This document shows, in pieces, positions 24,501 to 37,770 of a DNA stretch of 64,000 bases. Position 1 is the stretch's first letter. Each line of letters opens with the position of its first letter. The position numbers were made by a program, and so were the translations under genes. The notes beneath the pieces are model-generated. The model saw nothing but the letters and a program-made list of their open reading frames with translations, had not been told where the DNA came from and did no database searches. The stretch is from Felis catus (taxonomy: Eukaryota), in contig NC_058368.1 in NCBI RefSeq assembly GCF_018350175.1, positions 229,774,001 through 229,838,000 of the forward strand, read 5' to 3'.

Positions 24501-25892
24501 ATTTCTTCAATAAATGGTGCTGGGGCGCCTGGGTGGTGCAGTCGGTTAAGCGTCCGACTTCAGCCAGGTCACGATCTCGCGGTCCGTGAGTTCGAGCCCC
24601 GCGTCGGGCTCTGGGCTGATGGCTCAGAGCCTGGAGCCAGTTTCCGATTCTGTGTCTCCCTCTCTCTCTGCCCCTCCCCCGTTCATGCTCTGTCTCTCTC
24701 TGTCCCAAAAATAAATAAACGTTGAAAAAAAAATTAAAAAAAAATTGTGCTGGGAAAACTGGATAGTCACATGCAAAAGAATGAAACTGGACCGCTGTCT
24801 TACACCATGCACAAAAGTTATCTCAAAATGGATTGAAGACTAGAATGTAAGGGCAGAAAGAAGAAAACTCTTAGAGGAAAACACAGGTGGTAAGCTCCTT
24901 CATATCAGTCTTGACAATGATTATTTGGATCCGACTCCAAAAGCAAAGGCAACAAAAACAGAAATAAACAAGTGGGACTATAGCAAACTAAAAAGCTTCT
25001 ACACAGCAAAGGAAATGGTGAACAAAATGAAAAAGGCAACCTACTGAATGGGAGAAAATATTTGCAAATTATATATCTGATAACGGGTTAATATCCAAAT
25101 TCTATAAGAACTCCTACAACTGTGGACAGAAGGTCTGAATAGACATTTTTCCAAATTAGAATACAAATGGCCAGCAGGTATGTGAAAGGATGCTCAGCAT
25201 CACTAATCATCAGGGAAATGCAAATCAAAACTACACTGAGATATCGTCTCACACCTATTAGAATGGCTGTTATCAAGAAGACAAGAAATAACAAGTGTTC
25301 CTGAGGATGTGGAAAAAAGGGAATCCTGTGTACTGTGGGTGGGAATTTAAATTGGCTCAGCCTCTGTCGAAAATATTGTGGAAGTTTCAATAGAACTACT
25401 ATATGATCCAGTAATTCCACTTCTGGGTATTTGTCCAAAGAAAACGAAAACACTAATTTGGAAAGAAAACTGCACCCCTGTGTTTATCACAACATTATTT
25501 ACAATAGCCAAGATAGAAGCAACCTAAATGTCTGTTGATGGATGAATGGATAAAAAAGATGTGGTACTTATATGTCTAGATATCTAAATATATAGTGGAA
25601 TATTATTGAGCCATAAAAATTTTAAAAAATGATATTTGTGGCAATGTGGATGGGCCTTGAAGGCATTATACTAAGGGAAATAAGTCAAACAGAGAAAGAC
25701 AAATACTGTATGATCTCCTTATAGGTGGAGTCTGAAAAAAACAAAAACAAACCCCAAACCAAGTTTGGGGATCCAGAGAACAGATTGGTGGTTGTCAGAA
25801 GTAGGGCATAGGGCATAATTAAAATAAGTGAAGGGGGTCAAAAGGTATAAACTTCCATTTATGAGATAAGTAGGTCATGGGATGTTAAAAAA
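24501..25892 (+). mobile_element. 5'-truncated L1 (L1MA9/L1_Carn-like ORF2 end and 3'UTR) with TSD
   Basis: tcttcaataaatggtgct[SINE]gggaaaactggatagtcacatgcaaaagaatgaaactggac...gggaaatgcaaatcaaaac...; flanks gaaatattatgtctatggt and gaagtattgtgtctattgt match at 16/19. Confidence 0.93.
24522..24741 (+). mobile_element. Young SINEC_Fc inserted in L1
   Basis: Diagnostic gtcggttaagcgtccgacttcagccaggtcacgatctcgcggtccgtgag with CpGs retained; TSD aaat(g/t)gtgct. Confidence 0.98.
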
Positions 25893-26229
25893 GAAGTATT
25901 GTGTCTATTGTCTAGCAAATATTTACTATTTAAACACCATTTTTAGATTAAAAAGAAGAAAGCAGGCCTTGCCCGTAGAGGGGAAAGATTCATAAGGAAA
26001 TGCAAGATGGTGATGGCTCAGTATCTTGGTTCCACTGGATTCAGGTCTTCAGATTGGCTGGTGGAGTCGCCTCTTCACTGTCAGGCTCAGAGCCCTAGAA
26101 CTTCAGAGTTTGGAGGTCCATTAAATGCCATTCTAGTCCAATCTAGTTTTACAGACCAGGAAACTCGGACATAAAAAGCTTATATGATTTGTCCAGGGAA
26201 AGCGGATAGTTTCACGTCAAGCTGTAATG

Positions 26230-26470
26230 TATAATGTCATGTCGGCTGAAATGTCACCACCCCCAAAGAGGCCTTTCCTGACAGGGTCACTCTTTCCACA
26301 CCTTGCCCTGCTTCCTTTTCCTTTTGTAACCACTGCGACTTGACTTAGCTATTCCATCTACCTCAACCTCTAGAATGGAAGCTCCAAGAGAACAGGCATT
26401 TGTTGCTTTAGCTGTTTTGTCCTGGAGTCTGGTACACAGTGCGTGGTCAGTAAATATTGTTACCAATTTA
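26230..26470 (+). mobile_element. L2 3' fragment
   Basis: aaatgtcacc...agaggcctttcctgac...ctagaatggaagctccaagagaacagg...ctggtacacagtgcgtggtcagtaaatattgt. Confidence 0.7.
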
Positions 26471-26959
26471 CTCAATTTGCGTCTTGACTTTGGTGATCCG
26501 TATTGCAAATTTAATCAGTTCTTTCACTGCAGTGAAATGGGGCTGGTGGCGATGGGTGTGCAATGATGTCTCATTACTTTGTTGTTGTTGCTATTTTGTC
26601 TGGGATTGATTAATGCTGGTCTGGGGGTTAGGTGTCTTACAAGGCTGATGGCAATGCTGAGATTTGATAAAGAACTGGCATGAGAAAAAAGGTTTCTAAA
26701 AAGACTAGCAAGAAATCAGTGAGTGAAGGTTGCATGTTGACAGGGTTTTTTTTTTTCTTTGCCTTTTCTTCATTGTTGTTTGTTCTAAGGAGGTGAAATG
26801 ATTCTGTGAGAATTTGTAGAGAATTGGGTGATTTGCGGAGTGGGTTTCTCAGATCTAAAATGGAGAGGGTGTCATTGGCCTGATATGTATGTAGTGAGGG
26901 TTCAATGAAATCGTGTATTTCTGGCACTCAGGATGGTGCTTAAAATAAGGTTAGTAATA

Positions 26960-27166
26960 GGGGCGCCTGGGTGGCTCAGTAGGTTGAGCGTCCAACTTCA
27001 GCTCAGGTCATGATCTCCCGGTTCGTGAATTGGAGCCCCGCGTTGGGCTCTGTGCTGACAGCTCAGAGCCTGGAGCATGTTTCAGATTCTGTGTCTCCCT
27101 CTCTCTCTGCCCCATCCCCACTCATGCTCTGTCTCTCTCTGTCTTAAAAAGAAATAAAACATTAAA
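26960..27166 (+). mobile_element. SINEC_Fc CAN-SINE
   Basis: Full element; TSD aaaataaggttagt. Confidence 0.97.
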
Positions 27167-27519
27167 AAAATAAGGTTAGTTATATTAGTACCATTAATAT
27201 AAAATTACCTTAATGTAAATATTTCTCCACTCCGGTGAAAGCATATTTTTATAGTTTATCAGCGGCTGCCTGTTGGGATACATATGTACATTAAAATGTC
27301 AAGCTTCTAAATCACTTTAATCAATAGCACATGGACAAATAGATTTTGGGTGTTCCTTGTTTTAAAGGTGAAAACAGTTTTTACTGACATTACCTCCTGT
27401 GAATCCAGTCACTTCCCCTTGTGCCCACTTCCTATTGAAAATCAGGCTCACGGTACTGCTTCTGAAGACTCTTTACCCCAAACAGCATGGCCTCCCATGC
27501 ACAGGCGTCCATGAGTCTT

Positions 27520-27739
27520 TACTTTTCGTTTTTAATGTTTTATTTATTCTTGAGAGAGAAAGGGAGACAGAGCATGAGTGAGGGAGGGGCAAAGCGAGAA
27601 AGGGATACAGAATCCGAAGCAGGCTCCAGGCTCTGAGCCATCAGCACAGAGCCCGACGCGGGGCTCGAACTCACAAGCCATGAGATCATGACCGGAGCCG
27701 AAGTCGGATGCTCAACCGACTGAGCCACCCAGGCCCCCC
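27520..27739 (-). mobile_element. SINEC_Fc CAN-SINE
   Basis: Antisense full element; TSD tgagtctt. Confidence 0.97.
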
Positions 27740-28049
27740 GTCGTGAGTCTTAAGTAACATGAAGTAACAGAGAATTATCGTGATGGATCCAGTGTGCAGT
27801 GTAGTTGAGTCCAAATCAGAGAATCATCTGCCCATTTAATGTTTGTTTCTTTGAAAAATATCAAGCATGTAGGGCGTATTTATTGTTTTGATGATATTCA
27901 AGTTAAGCCTCACGTTTCTCAGGATGCAGTGCATAGATAAAACCATCCAGTAACTTGAGATAGTTAATTTTGAGGGATACACAGTCTTCCATAATGCATT
28001 TTAAAAATGTTTTTCAACACATGGTGGTAAACAATGAATATTTCATAAA

Positions 28050-28257
28050 TACTGGTATTTTTTATGTTTATTTTTGAGAGAGAGATAGAGCATGAGTGGA
28101 GGAGGGGCATAGAGAGAGGGAGATACAGAATTCGAAGCAGGCTCTAGGCTCTTAGCTGTCAGCACAGAGCCCGACCCTGGGCTCAAACACACGAGCCACG
28201 AGATCATGACCTGAGCCTAAGTCGGATGCTTAACCGACTGAGCCACCCAGGTGCCCC
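28050..28257 (-). mobile_element. SINEC_Fc CAN-SINE
   Basis: Antisense element; flanking repeat aac(a/g)atgaatatttcataaa. Confidence 0.96.
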
Positions 28258-28610
28258 AACGATGAATATTTCATAAAAAACATTATTTATGACATTTTAA
28301 GCAACTTTATGGAGAGATTTTTGTATTGATCCAGTTTTTATTTAGGAAAGACATGCATTGTATATCCTTGGGTTGTTGGGATTTATTTACTTTTTTTATA
28401 AGGTTGTTTAGAGTTCTGTTTGTTTCAGCAGAATACTTAACATGTAGTTATGATTTTTTCTACTTATCAAAAATATTGCAGTAACTCTTATAACTTTTTT
28501 TATGAAATACCAGATTTTTCAGTGATTAATTTTCCCAGTAGAGATTATTTAAAATAGAAGAGTTGACTTTAGTATTCAGAGAATGATAACATTTTAAAAA
28601 TTCCTCTCTT

Positions 28611-28905
28611 TGTGGCAGTTTTAAAACATATCCACAAATTTAGTTATCTTCCTTCGAATGGAGACTGGCTTTAGTGACTCAATTCTAACAAATATGTCGC
28701 CACAGACTCGTCAGTGCCTAGGTTAGGTCTTAAAGAGCTTAGTAGTTTCCGTAGACTCTGTCTGTCTCTTTCTTTAACTTTCTCTCTCTGGAGACACCCA
28801 CCTTTGGAGCCCTGAGCTTACAGGTGAGAAATCTGACTACCCTGTAGCATCTTGAGAGACCCCCTCCCAGCTGTCTGTGTCTTCCAGTCAGATTTGTGAG
28901 GGACG
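28611..28905 (+). mobile_element. MLT1G/H-like MaLR LTR fragment
   Basis: tgtggcagttttaaaacatatccacaaatt...ttagtgactc...ggagccctgagc...atctgactaccctg. Confidence 0.7.
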
Positions 28906-29399
28906 TCTAGACACAGTCTAGACTCAAGATTTTACTGAAGATCTTTTATACTTCTAGGTGTAATATTCCAGACTGAATTAAGTCAATCGTTGTAATATTG
29001 TACCATTCTACTCCTTTATTTCTATAATATTGACTTGTAACTTTTAACTTTGAGTTAGAGTGGGATTTTCTTACTTTTGAATTTTAATTGAAAGATACAC
29101 TATTGTTACACAGTGCTGACCAGTGTTTTTAAGATGCAGATTTTAAGGCATAATCCAATATCAAAGGCATTCAGATGTGAAAAAGTCTATCTCATAAATG
29201 GATGCAATATAATATTTAATATTGCTACTCTCATATTCTAGCAAAGAATCTTGAGAATAAACAAAATTTCAAAATAGGCTCAGCAAGTGGGGCATGGGTT
29301 GGGTCAGTTTGTTCCAGGGCCTGACTTTTATTCTACAACGTAGAACTTAAGTCGTCCTTTACGCGAAACTTTCTGAGGCAGCTGAATCATAGTACCCCA

Positions 29400-29570
29400 T
29401 GTCCATAGCGGTCTTTTTCAGACGTCCACATGTATCAGAATCTTTGCTGGGAGAGCTCCTAAGTCATAACAAAAGGCAGGTGTTCATTTAGGGGGCCTGG
29501 GCCTCTGTGTTTTTACCAAATCTCCCCCACAAACATCACTACACACCTGTTTGGGAACTGTTACTCTAGA
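29400..29570. mobile_element. MER5B-like fragment
   Basis: catgtatcagaatc...gggcctgggcctctgtgtttttaccaaatctcccc...tttgggaac. Confidence 0.45.
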
Positions 29571-30679
29571 ACATGCTTTCCTTCACATCTGGCAGAGAAA
29601 ACGTAAAATAAATGTGCCTGCTGCTTCCAGAGTCCTTAAAGGACAGCTAGGGGCATCTAAAAATGTGGAGACGGCAGAAAAGGAATCCCAAGAAGCGTGA
29701 GTGAGTCCCAGGAATTGGGACTTTGGTGGAAGTGAAGGCCTGACTTGTGGAGAATTATGAAGCTTCTCCGTGGGGAGAGGAAAATATGTGAGAGCTGAGG
29801 CTCCATCTGGCATGGTGGGAAGTGCAGATTCTCCGAGAAGGGAACATGAGGATACAAGGGAGGGAAAGCATGAAGAATGGGAGTGGTGCTTTCAGAACAG
29901 AAGCTGTGTGTAAAACTGATGGTCCCCTCTTGGTGAGGGGGCCAGAGTCAGGAGGACAGTAACCGGGAGGTAGCCTGAGCTCAAGGCAGTGAGAGCTGAT
30001 CATAGACAGTGGCTATTGTGATGAACAAGAGGAAGGGGCCTGGAAATGTTAATAAGAGCGAGAGTGTTATGCACTTGACGGTTTTCAGAATTGATTATGT
30101 CCCAAAACGTGACCCGAAATTCCAATAACTGGTTGGACTTTGAGGATATCCATGAGCAGAAATTGTATGCATTGTTTTCTCACTCTAGAACGTGTTGAGG
30201 CTTTGAGACAAAAAAGATTCAAGGAAAGATTAAGCATTCTTCAAAAAAAGCGGAAGCAAAAACCTCCTACTTCTCGTCCAAGGGATCTGATTGGTTCCGA
30301 AAGATCCCCATACTAAAAGAAGCCAAGGCAATACGGACGGAACCAGTTACTTAAAATCCAGCAGCTAGGCCAGTGGCATGACCATTCGGTTATGAATTGA
30401 GATTCCGCATTGCCACATGTCACAGTGACTAGTCTTTCCTGCCTTCTCCTATGCTGATTAAAACAAAAAATAAATAACCTAATTTGCTGAACATTCTATA
30501 AAAGCACTAAGGTCAGGGGATGTTACCAGCTTTGTTCCTCAAATATTGATCGCTGGAACTAATGTTCTAACTACATACTTACAATTTAAAAAGCATGTTA
30601 GAAGCCAGTTTTAAAAGTTTAGCTCTTATTTCTTATTTGGCCCCATCTATGCGGTCTTTATGGGAGGGTAATGACTGCA

Positions 30680-30890
30680 AGTGACAGACAGCAGGTCATT
30701 GGGCACCAGTGGTTAGGGTGAGAGGAGGGCGCCCGACAAAGGGAGGAGGGCATTTATTGGTGGAGGATCTGTTCTGTGTCTTTGTGGTGAAGGGTGGTGG
30801 CTATCCAAACTTATACATGCGTTACAGTTTATAGAACTGTACACAAAAAGTTAACGTTACTGCCTGTTAATAAATACAATTTTAAAAACA
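30680..30890 (+). mobile_element. Old L1M (ME/MC-like) 3' end
   Basis: ctgttctgtgtcttt...gggtggtggcta...tatagaactgtacacaaaaagttaac. Confidence 0.65.
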
Positions 30891-31890
30891 TGAGACCTAA
30901 AAGTAAGGGGGAAGGTGGAGTCCTGATAACAGTTACACGAAGGCTTATTCTACAGAGAGGCTGTGGATGCTTTGGGGGAAACCCACAACAGTGAATTTCC
31001 AAACTTCTCTGGACTTGCAGAAACGTATCATATACGTGTGTATGTGTAGGATATGTACATATAGATACATGCATGTACGTATATACACAGATGTGTATAT
31101 GTATTTCCAGTTGAATGACAGTCAATAAAAATGGTATGTGACTTCTGAAAGTGAGCATTTTACAGTCGGTATCAGCTAAAGAAACATCTCACGATCCTTC
31201 TGACATGGTCACGTGCTCCATGAATAGCTACAGTTCGCATGTTGTTTTCTAAGAATGAACTGGATTCTATGATGAATAATCTTACGGAGATTCTTTACTA
31301 ATTAATTGGGACAATACAAGGAGTGAGTGCTGCAGAAATTCTAGCATCTGGTTTCGATTTTACTTCTATGGAGGTACATAGACTCTTCACTGGTTTCTAT
31401 CTTAAATATTAGATTAACTTAATTTAATTTAAATGAGCTCCTATTAGATATTGTGTCAGAACAATTGGCTGGAAATGAATTCTTTTAAACAGGTAAATTA
31501 ATTTATCTTCCAAAGGTGGTGTTGTCTTTTTATGATTATCAATTACTGATATTAAATTGCCATTTATCGTGTTTAGAGCCCACTACGTATTGAGTGGATT
31601 CTGGGAGTGTTACAGCCTCACTTGAGAGGGAGGAGGCCCAGTGCTGGGGGCCGTTAAGGTTGAGCGGACACCGTGCACAGGGTGCACACCGTGCACGGGA
31701 TAAGCCCAGAGCCCAGCGCAGAGAAAGTGCTCAGTGCATTCTTCTTCTCTTCCTCTCCGTGTCCATCTATGTCAAATGCTCTGTAGTTCTCAGTTTCTGA
31801 CAAGGAATGTAGTGTGAAGAGGGGAGAAGCGGAAAGACCTGTGAAATGAGATTTGGAAGGTCTTGTCACCTGTGTTTGTACTTCTGGTTT

Positions 31891-32095
31891 GTTTGTTTTA
31901 TGTTTACTTTTAGAGAGAGAGAGAGAAGTGTGAGGAAGGGAGGGACAGAGAGAGAGGGAGACACAGAATCGGAAGCAGGCTCCAGGCTTCGAGCTGTCAG
32001 CACAGAGCCCGATGTGGGGCTCAAACTCACAAACCATGACATCATGACCTGAGCTGAAGTTGGGCGCTTAACCGACTGAGCCCCCCAGGCGCCCC
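31891..32095 (-). mobile_element. SINEC_Fc CAN-SINE
   Basis: Antisense element; TSD tgt(a/t)cttctggttt. Confidence 0.97.
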
Positions 32096-34149
32096 TGTTC
32101 TTCTGGTTTCCGGTGTGGGAATCAGAATTTGTTTCTCTGTGATGTGATAAAAGAGCACACACACTGGTGTCCAACTCAAGGCCCTGTAGGACACACGGGT
32201 ATTCATGTATTCTGATTTAACTGAGGCTTTTCCGATTACTTTTTATATTATTTTGGGAAATCAACCCTGGACGCTTTCTTGTTTGGGCTTCTCATGGTAT
32301 CCAGGGAAGAAAAATTGGAATGCATAGGAAAAAGGTATCGATTCCAGTGCTTGTAGGTGTTGTAGATAAAAGTAAACATGGGTGACCCGGGGAAGAGAGA
32401 AGCAGAGGGAGAGATCATGATGTTATTTTGTAAAGTATTTATTTTCAAATGCATAGGTTTACTAAGGGCCTGTCTTAATAGTTTTGCAAGGATTTTGATG
32501 GTGCAAATATTAAGATTGTTAGTTTTTCATCATCGTGCCTTATTTTATTCCCCAAAGTCCTCTTTTTCTTAGATTTTACCTCGGGCTGCTCCCTAGCTGC
32601 TCGGAGAGAGCAGACTACTCTCGTCCCTCCTTTTGGGCTTCTGTGCCTCTCCCACAAATGTTTAGTTTGTGCTGCCACGGTCCTGTAGATCTGCCGTGTG
32701 ATTAATGTATATTTTTAACTCAGGATTGTTTCCGGATACATTGAAGATTTGGTGTATAACATACATACAATAAAACTCATATTTTAAGTTGAAATCCAAT
32801 GAGTTTTGGCAAACGTGTAGTGTTATAGTTGCCACCCAAAGTAAGATACGAAACAGTTATTGTTACACAGAGCTTTGTCTTACCCCATCCCTGCTTTCTG
32901 TCCCCAGCCCTTGGCAACCCCATCTGATTTCTGTCCCGGTAATCTTGCCTTTTTCAGGGTCTCATGTGAGAGGTTCATATTATGTGTACATAACCCTTAA
33001 TGTCTGGCTTCTTTTGCTCGGCGGAATGCATACGATTTTGGATCTTGCATCAATAGTGCAATAAAAAATCGCTATTTGGTATCCTGTTTGGATGTATTCA
33101 GAATCTGTTTATTCATTCACTAGTTAAATGGACTTGTACACTGTTTCCGGTTATTAACTATTGTGAATAAATTTGCTATACATTTCTGCATACAGATATC
33201 AGACATATGTTCTCATTTCTCGAGTAGATAGATGCCGGGGGTGTGTGGAGGGGTTGGTGGGTCATACGCTTAAGTGTGTTTTTTAATTTTTCAAAAATCA
33301 CCAAACTCTTATAAAATTGCTGTGCACTTTTCCATTCCCACCATCAATGTTTAAGAGTTCCCGTTTCTTCACATCCTCGTCAGCACTTTCTAGTTTCAGT
33401 AGATTTCTACTTTATCCATATCAGCAGGTAGGTAGTGGGGTTTCTTTGTGCATTTGTTTTGCCTTTCCCTAACAGCTGCAGATGTTGCCCTTAGTATATC
33501 AGTTGCTTTTTCGGCCAAGTGTCCGTTCAAAACTTTGGCCAGTTGTTTTAGTTGTGTTGTTCTACTTTCCAGAGCAGTAGGAGTTTTTTCTATCTGCTGG
33601 ACACAAGTCTTTCATCAGTTACATACTTTGGAAATATCTTCTCCCAATCTATGGCCTGTCTTTTCACTTTCTGGACAGTATATCTCTCTCAAAGACTGGA
33701 ACATTTATATTTTAATGAAGTTCTATTTAAAATTTTTCTCTTTGATGACTCACATCTTTTGGGTCATTTGTTTGAAATCTTTGCCTAACTCAGGACTATA
33801 AAGACTTTCTCTTGCCTTTTCTACTAGAGTTTTTAACACATTAAATTTTACATTAGGTTTGCTATCCTTTTAGTTCGGTATTTTATATATGGTGTGAGGC
33901 TCTTGTTATGCTTAAAAATACATCAAGTTTCTGTTGTTAAGAGGATTTTCCTATCTCCAGTGAGTTATGTTGGCACATTTGTGAAAAAGCAATTGACCCA
34001 CGTATATGGGTGGGCGTATTTCTGAATTCTCTTCTATTCACTCCTTCTCTGTTTCCATTCTTATGTCAAAGAGACACATGGCCCTAATTATTGTAGCTTC
34101 CTATTAGGTCTTGAATGAGGTACTAGAAGTTCTTCAACTTTGCTCTTCT

Positions 34150-34388
34150 TTTAAAAAATTTTTTTTAAAGTTTTTTAAAGTTTATTTATTTTGAGAAAGA
34201 GAGAAAGAGAGAGAATGAGTGAACCAGCAGGGGAAGGGCAGAGAGAGAGGAAGAGAGCGAGAATCCCAAGAAGGCTTCTCACTGTCAGCGCAGACCCCAA
34301 CACAGGGCTCGAACTCATGAACCTTGAGATCATGATGGGAGACAAAGTCAAGAGTTGGATGCTCAATGTACTGAGCCACTGAGGCACT
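34150..34388 (-). mobile_element. CAN-SINE, older subtype, inside L1
   Basis: gagaatcccaag...gtcaagagttggatgctcaa...ctgagccac. Confidence 0.93.
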
Positions 34389-34765
34389 CTTCAAAATATT
34401 TTTTTTATTAATCTTGGTCCTTTCCTGTACCATGCAAAATTTAGTGTCAACCTCTCAGTTTCTACAGCCAAGACTGCTGAAATTTTGATTAGGATTGCAT
34501 TGAATTTAAAGATTAATTTGGAGACATATGATATTGTGTCTTCCAGTCCATGAAAAAAATAACATTTAAAAAATTTCCTACTTCATTGCTTTATAATTTT
34601 CACTGCATAAGTCTTGAAATTATCTTAGGACTTTTACCCCTACATATTTCATAATGCTTTGATACTATGAGTAGAATTTTTAATTCAATTTCCAATTGTT
34701 CATTTTTTTTTTTTCTGTAGTAAGCAGAGTCCTACAGTCTTGCTAAGGCAACTTATTCTGGGAAC

Positions 34766-34790
34766 TTTTTTTTAAAGTTTATTTATTTAT

Positions 34791-34842
<52 letters not shown>

Positions 34843-35014
34843 CATGTGCGAGCATGAGCAGGGGAGGGGCAGAGAGAGAGGGAGAGAGAGAATCCCAAGC
34901 AGGCACGCTATCACCACAGAGCCCGACGTGCAGCCTGATTGCCAAACTGTGAGATCGTGACCTGAGCCGAAATCAAGAGTCAGAGGCTTTGCTGACTGAG
35001 CCACCCAGGCATCC
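34766..35014 (-). mobile_element. CAN-SINE, older subtype, with long (GA)n
   Basis: (GA)n near 34795-34839; ccgaaatcaagagtcag...gccacccaggcatccc. Confidence 0.94.
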
Positions 35015-37244
35015 CTAGTTCCAGTAACTTGTATGTAGTTTCTTTGGAAATCATTGCATAACCAGTTATGTTGTCTATGAGTATTTACTGTTTCATTTCT
35101 GGCTTTGGAAACAATGTATCCTGTATTTATTTTTCTTATTTTATATCACTAGCTAGACTTTCAGTATAATGTTAAATAAAAGTGGTGACGGTGTACATTC
35201 TTACTGTGCCTTCACTCTTAGGGGAAGTCATCGAGTCTTTAATCATGAAGTGATTTTACTTATAAGTTTTTTTCTAGATCTTCTTTATCGGATTGAGATT
35301 GTTCCCCTCTCTGCTGAATCTGCAGCAAGTTTTTATTATGATGTGGAATTTGGTCTAGTGCTTTTTCTTCATCTGCTTCCTGCAGATGGTACGACGGGGG
35401 GTTACCTCTTCTTCTCCTCCTCAAGGGAGACACATTTTTCCCCCCTACTGCTGCCGGCACCTACCCTTCTATCCACCCCGGAGTGAAAGCATTTGCTGAC
35501 CTCCCTGCAATGCGTTTACTTCCTGTGTGAACAGAGTGTGGCATGAGGGCTGTGTTGTATGCCTATCGACTGAATTTTTGACTGTGGTACTAAGGACGTT
35601 TATGGAGTGACTTCCCATTGGCAGAAACAGCCATTTCTGTATAAGTCATTTCTGTTCAAGTCTGGATGGATCCTGAGGGACCTGGGGACAAGGTGACATT
35701 ATAATTGTGACATTATCCATATTTCCTAAGACTATTAGATCTCAGAATGCAATGGTATCTATCGGCGGAGCACCCCTCTTTGCCCGTGTATCAGGATACG
35801 GGCGATATAACCACTTCCTTGCAATTACACTGCTTCTTTCCCTCCCTTGTCTGTTCCAAACCTTCCATCAAGCTCACCTGACGTATTTTATACTTCTCAG
35901 ATGTAGCGGCTTTAAACACCTTTCATGTACTTCTCTATCAGTATAAGCAATGTTTTAAAAGTTATCATTTTAAGAATTATTTAAGCCATTTAGTCCTACT
36001 TGCTGTACTTCGAGATAATAATTGTAACGCATCAGTTGACTATCCAAAACAGGCCAACAGTCAAATGATACAAACAGACAAAAGGCTCACTAGTGCCTTT
36101 CTGTCCATGTGTCAGGTAGAGGGACTCTACGTTTGGCTTGTTTTGCTGAGTATCCAGGTTGCATACTCACGAGTGAGTATACATCAGGGATGCTTGATGG
36201 CTTAGTGATTTTCTTTCTGAGGATATCAATTTTTTTTTTAATATTGCCAGTACTGTTTTGTTATTTTGCTATTGATGTTATTGTGAAAAGTGCTTAAGAG
36301 AGCAAAACTTTGGTTAACTTTATGCTCGTGTGTATCCATTTTAATGAAGAGATCTGTGATCAGGATGCTGGTGACAGAGCGTAGCTATATAATCTTTGGA
36401 ATTTAGTGTTTAGAAATGCCTCAGATTGTGTACGACACTTTTCATGTAAGCGTTTCCCTGGATGTCATTCATAATTGCCACCAAGATACAATTTTAAAAA
36501 TACTATAGTATAATATGGCACTGAAGAAGTACCAAATAGCCTAGAAACATTTATAGTTTATCATGAATTATGCCTTCATCCAAACTTCTCACTGATATGA
36601 GTATATCCTTCTACTTTATGAAATTTTTATTTTGTATATATAACTTTAATTTGCTTAATGAAAATAAGCCATGTAGCAGCTAAAAAAATTGTTCTGTTTT
36701 GTTTTTTACTGGCTGATAGTTACACTTCGGTTTTTATTCTCTTCAGATATGAAAATATCCTCAGTGATTAATAAATTGGGTAGGCTACTAGTGTATTTCA
36801 GTAACCATGGCTGTAATGCTTTTAGAAATAAGCTAAAAAATAAATAATGAGATATTTTCTTTGAAAATATTTGAGAATAAAATTGAGTCAACAAATTGCT
36901 GATTGACTCTAATAATCTAATGTAACCCAGCCCAAACTCAAAAAGCACAGTAATTGGGGAAAATTGCATGCTTCGTTTGTGGTTTTCCTTAATTTGATCT
37001 TTTCATCTTCCTTTTGGAGGGCACTAAGCATCAAAGTTTGAAATATTCACCATGTGTAGCTCTTTAATTTATCTCCTATTAATCAGTGTTCTACTTTTGA
37101 ACATAATCCTCATTAATTTAGTTCAATATACGTGTCAATTGTTGATACAAGTATTAAAATTATGCACAAGATATGGATTGAAGGAAATTAGAATTTAATA
37201 TAATCATCAGTCGTTAGAATAATTGAATTATTTCAACGGCGATA

Positions 37245-37770
37245 TTGTATCTATCATTGCATTGTAATAAAAATGCTAATTTTAGCAGTTATGGAAACAC
37301 ACTGATCATCTGACAATTTCTGTGAGTAAGGAACTGGGCATGGACTGGATGGGCCTCCTGTTTCATCGTCTTTCACAAGGACTGAATCATGATCTGTAGT
37401 CTCATCTGAAGGGTTGACTGGGGAAAGATACACATCCATTTTCAATCAGTAGTTCTTAGTAGACTCTGAGTTCCTGGCAGGTGCCAGCCCGAGGTCTTCG
37501 TATCCTCATTGGTTTTTGGCCAGTGACTTCCCTCAGCTCCTTGCCAGGTTGGTCTCTCCAGTATGACAGCTTGCTTCATCGCGGTGTGCAAGCAAAGAAA
37601 CCATGGAGAGTCTACTAGAAGTACAAAGTCACAACCTTTAACCTATTCATGGAAATGACATTGTATCAGTGTCTCCTGTTGTTGGTTAGAGGGAAGTTAT
37701 TCATGGAGAAGGGATTACACCAGCCATGAATACTAGGCTGTGGGGCCTATCAGAGAGGCTGCTTGCTATC
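37245..37770 (-). mobile_element. MLT1F-like MaLR solo LTR
   Basis: caatttctgtgagtaaggaactgggcatgg...gtctcatctgaagggttgactggggaaagat...gcttgcttcatc...gggattacac...atgaatactagg. Confidence 0.75.

Larger units (their letters stand above)
32745..35380 (-). mobile_element. Old L1M (MB/ME-like) fragment, about 2.6 kb including two SINE insertions
   Basis: ccccagcccttggcaacc...tttccattcccaccatcaatgt...aaatctttgcctaactcagg...attttgattaggattgcattgaattta...tcagtataatgttaaataaaagtggtga. Confidence 0.88.
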
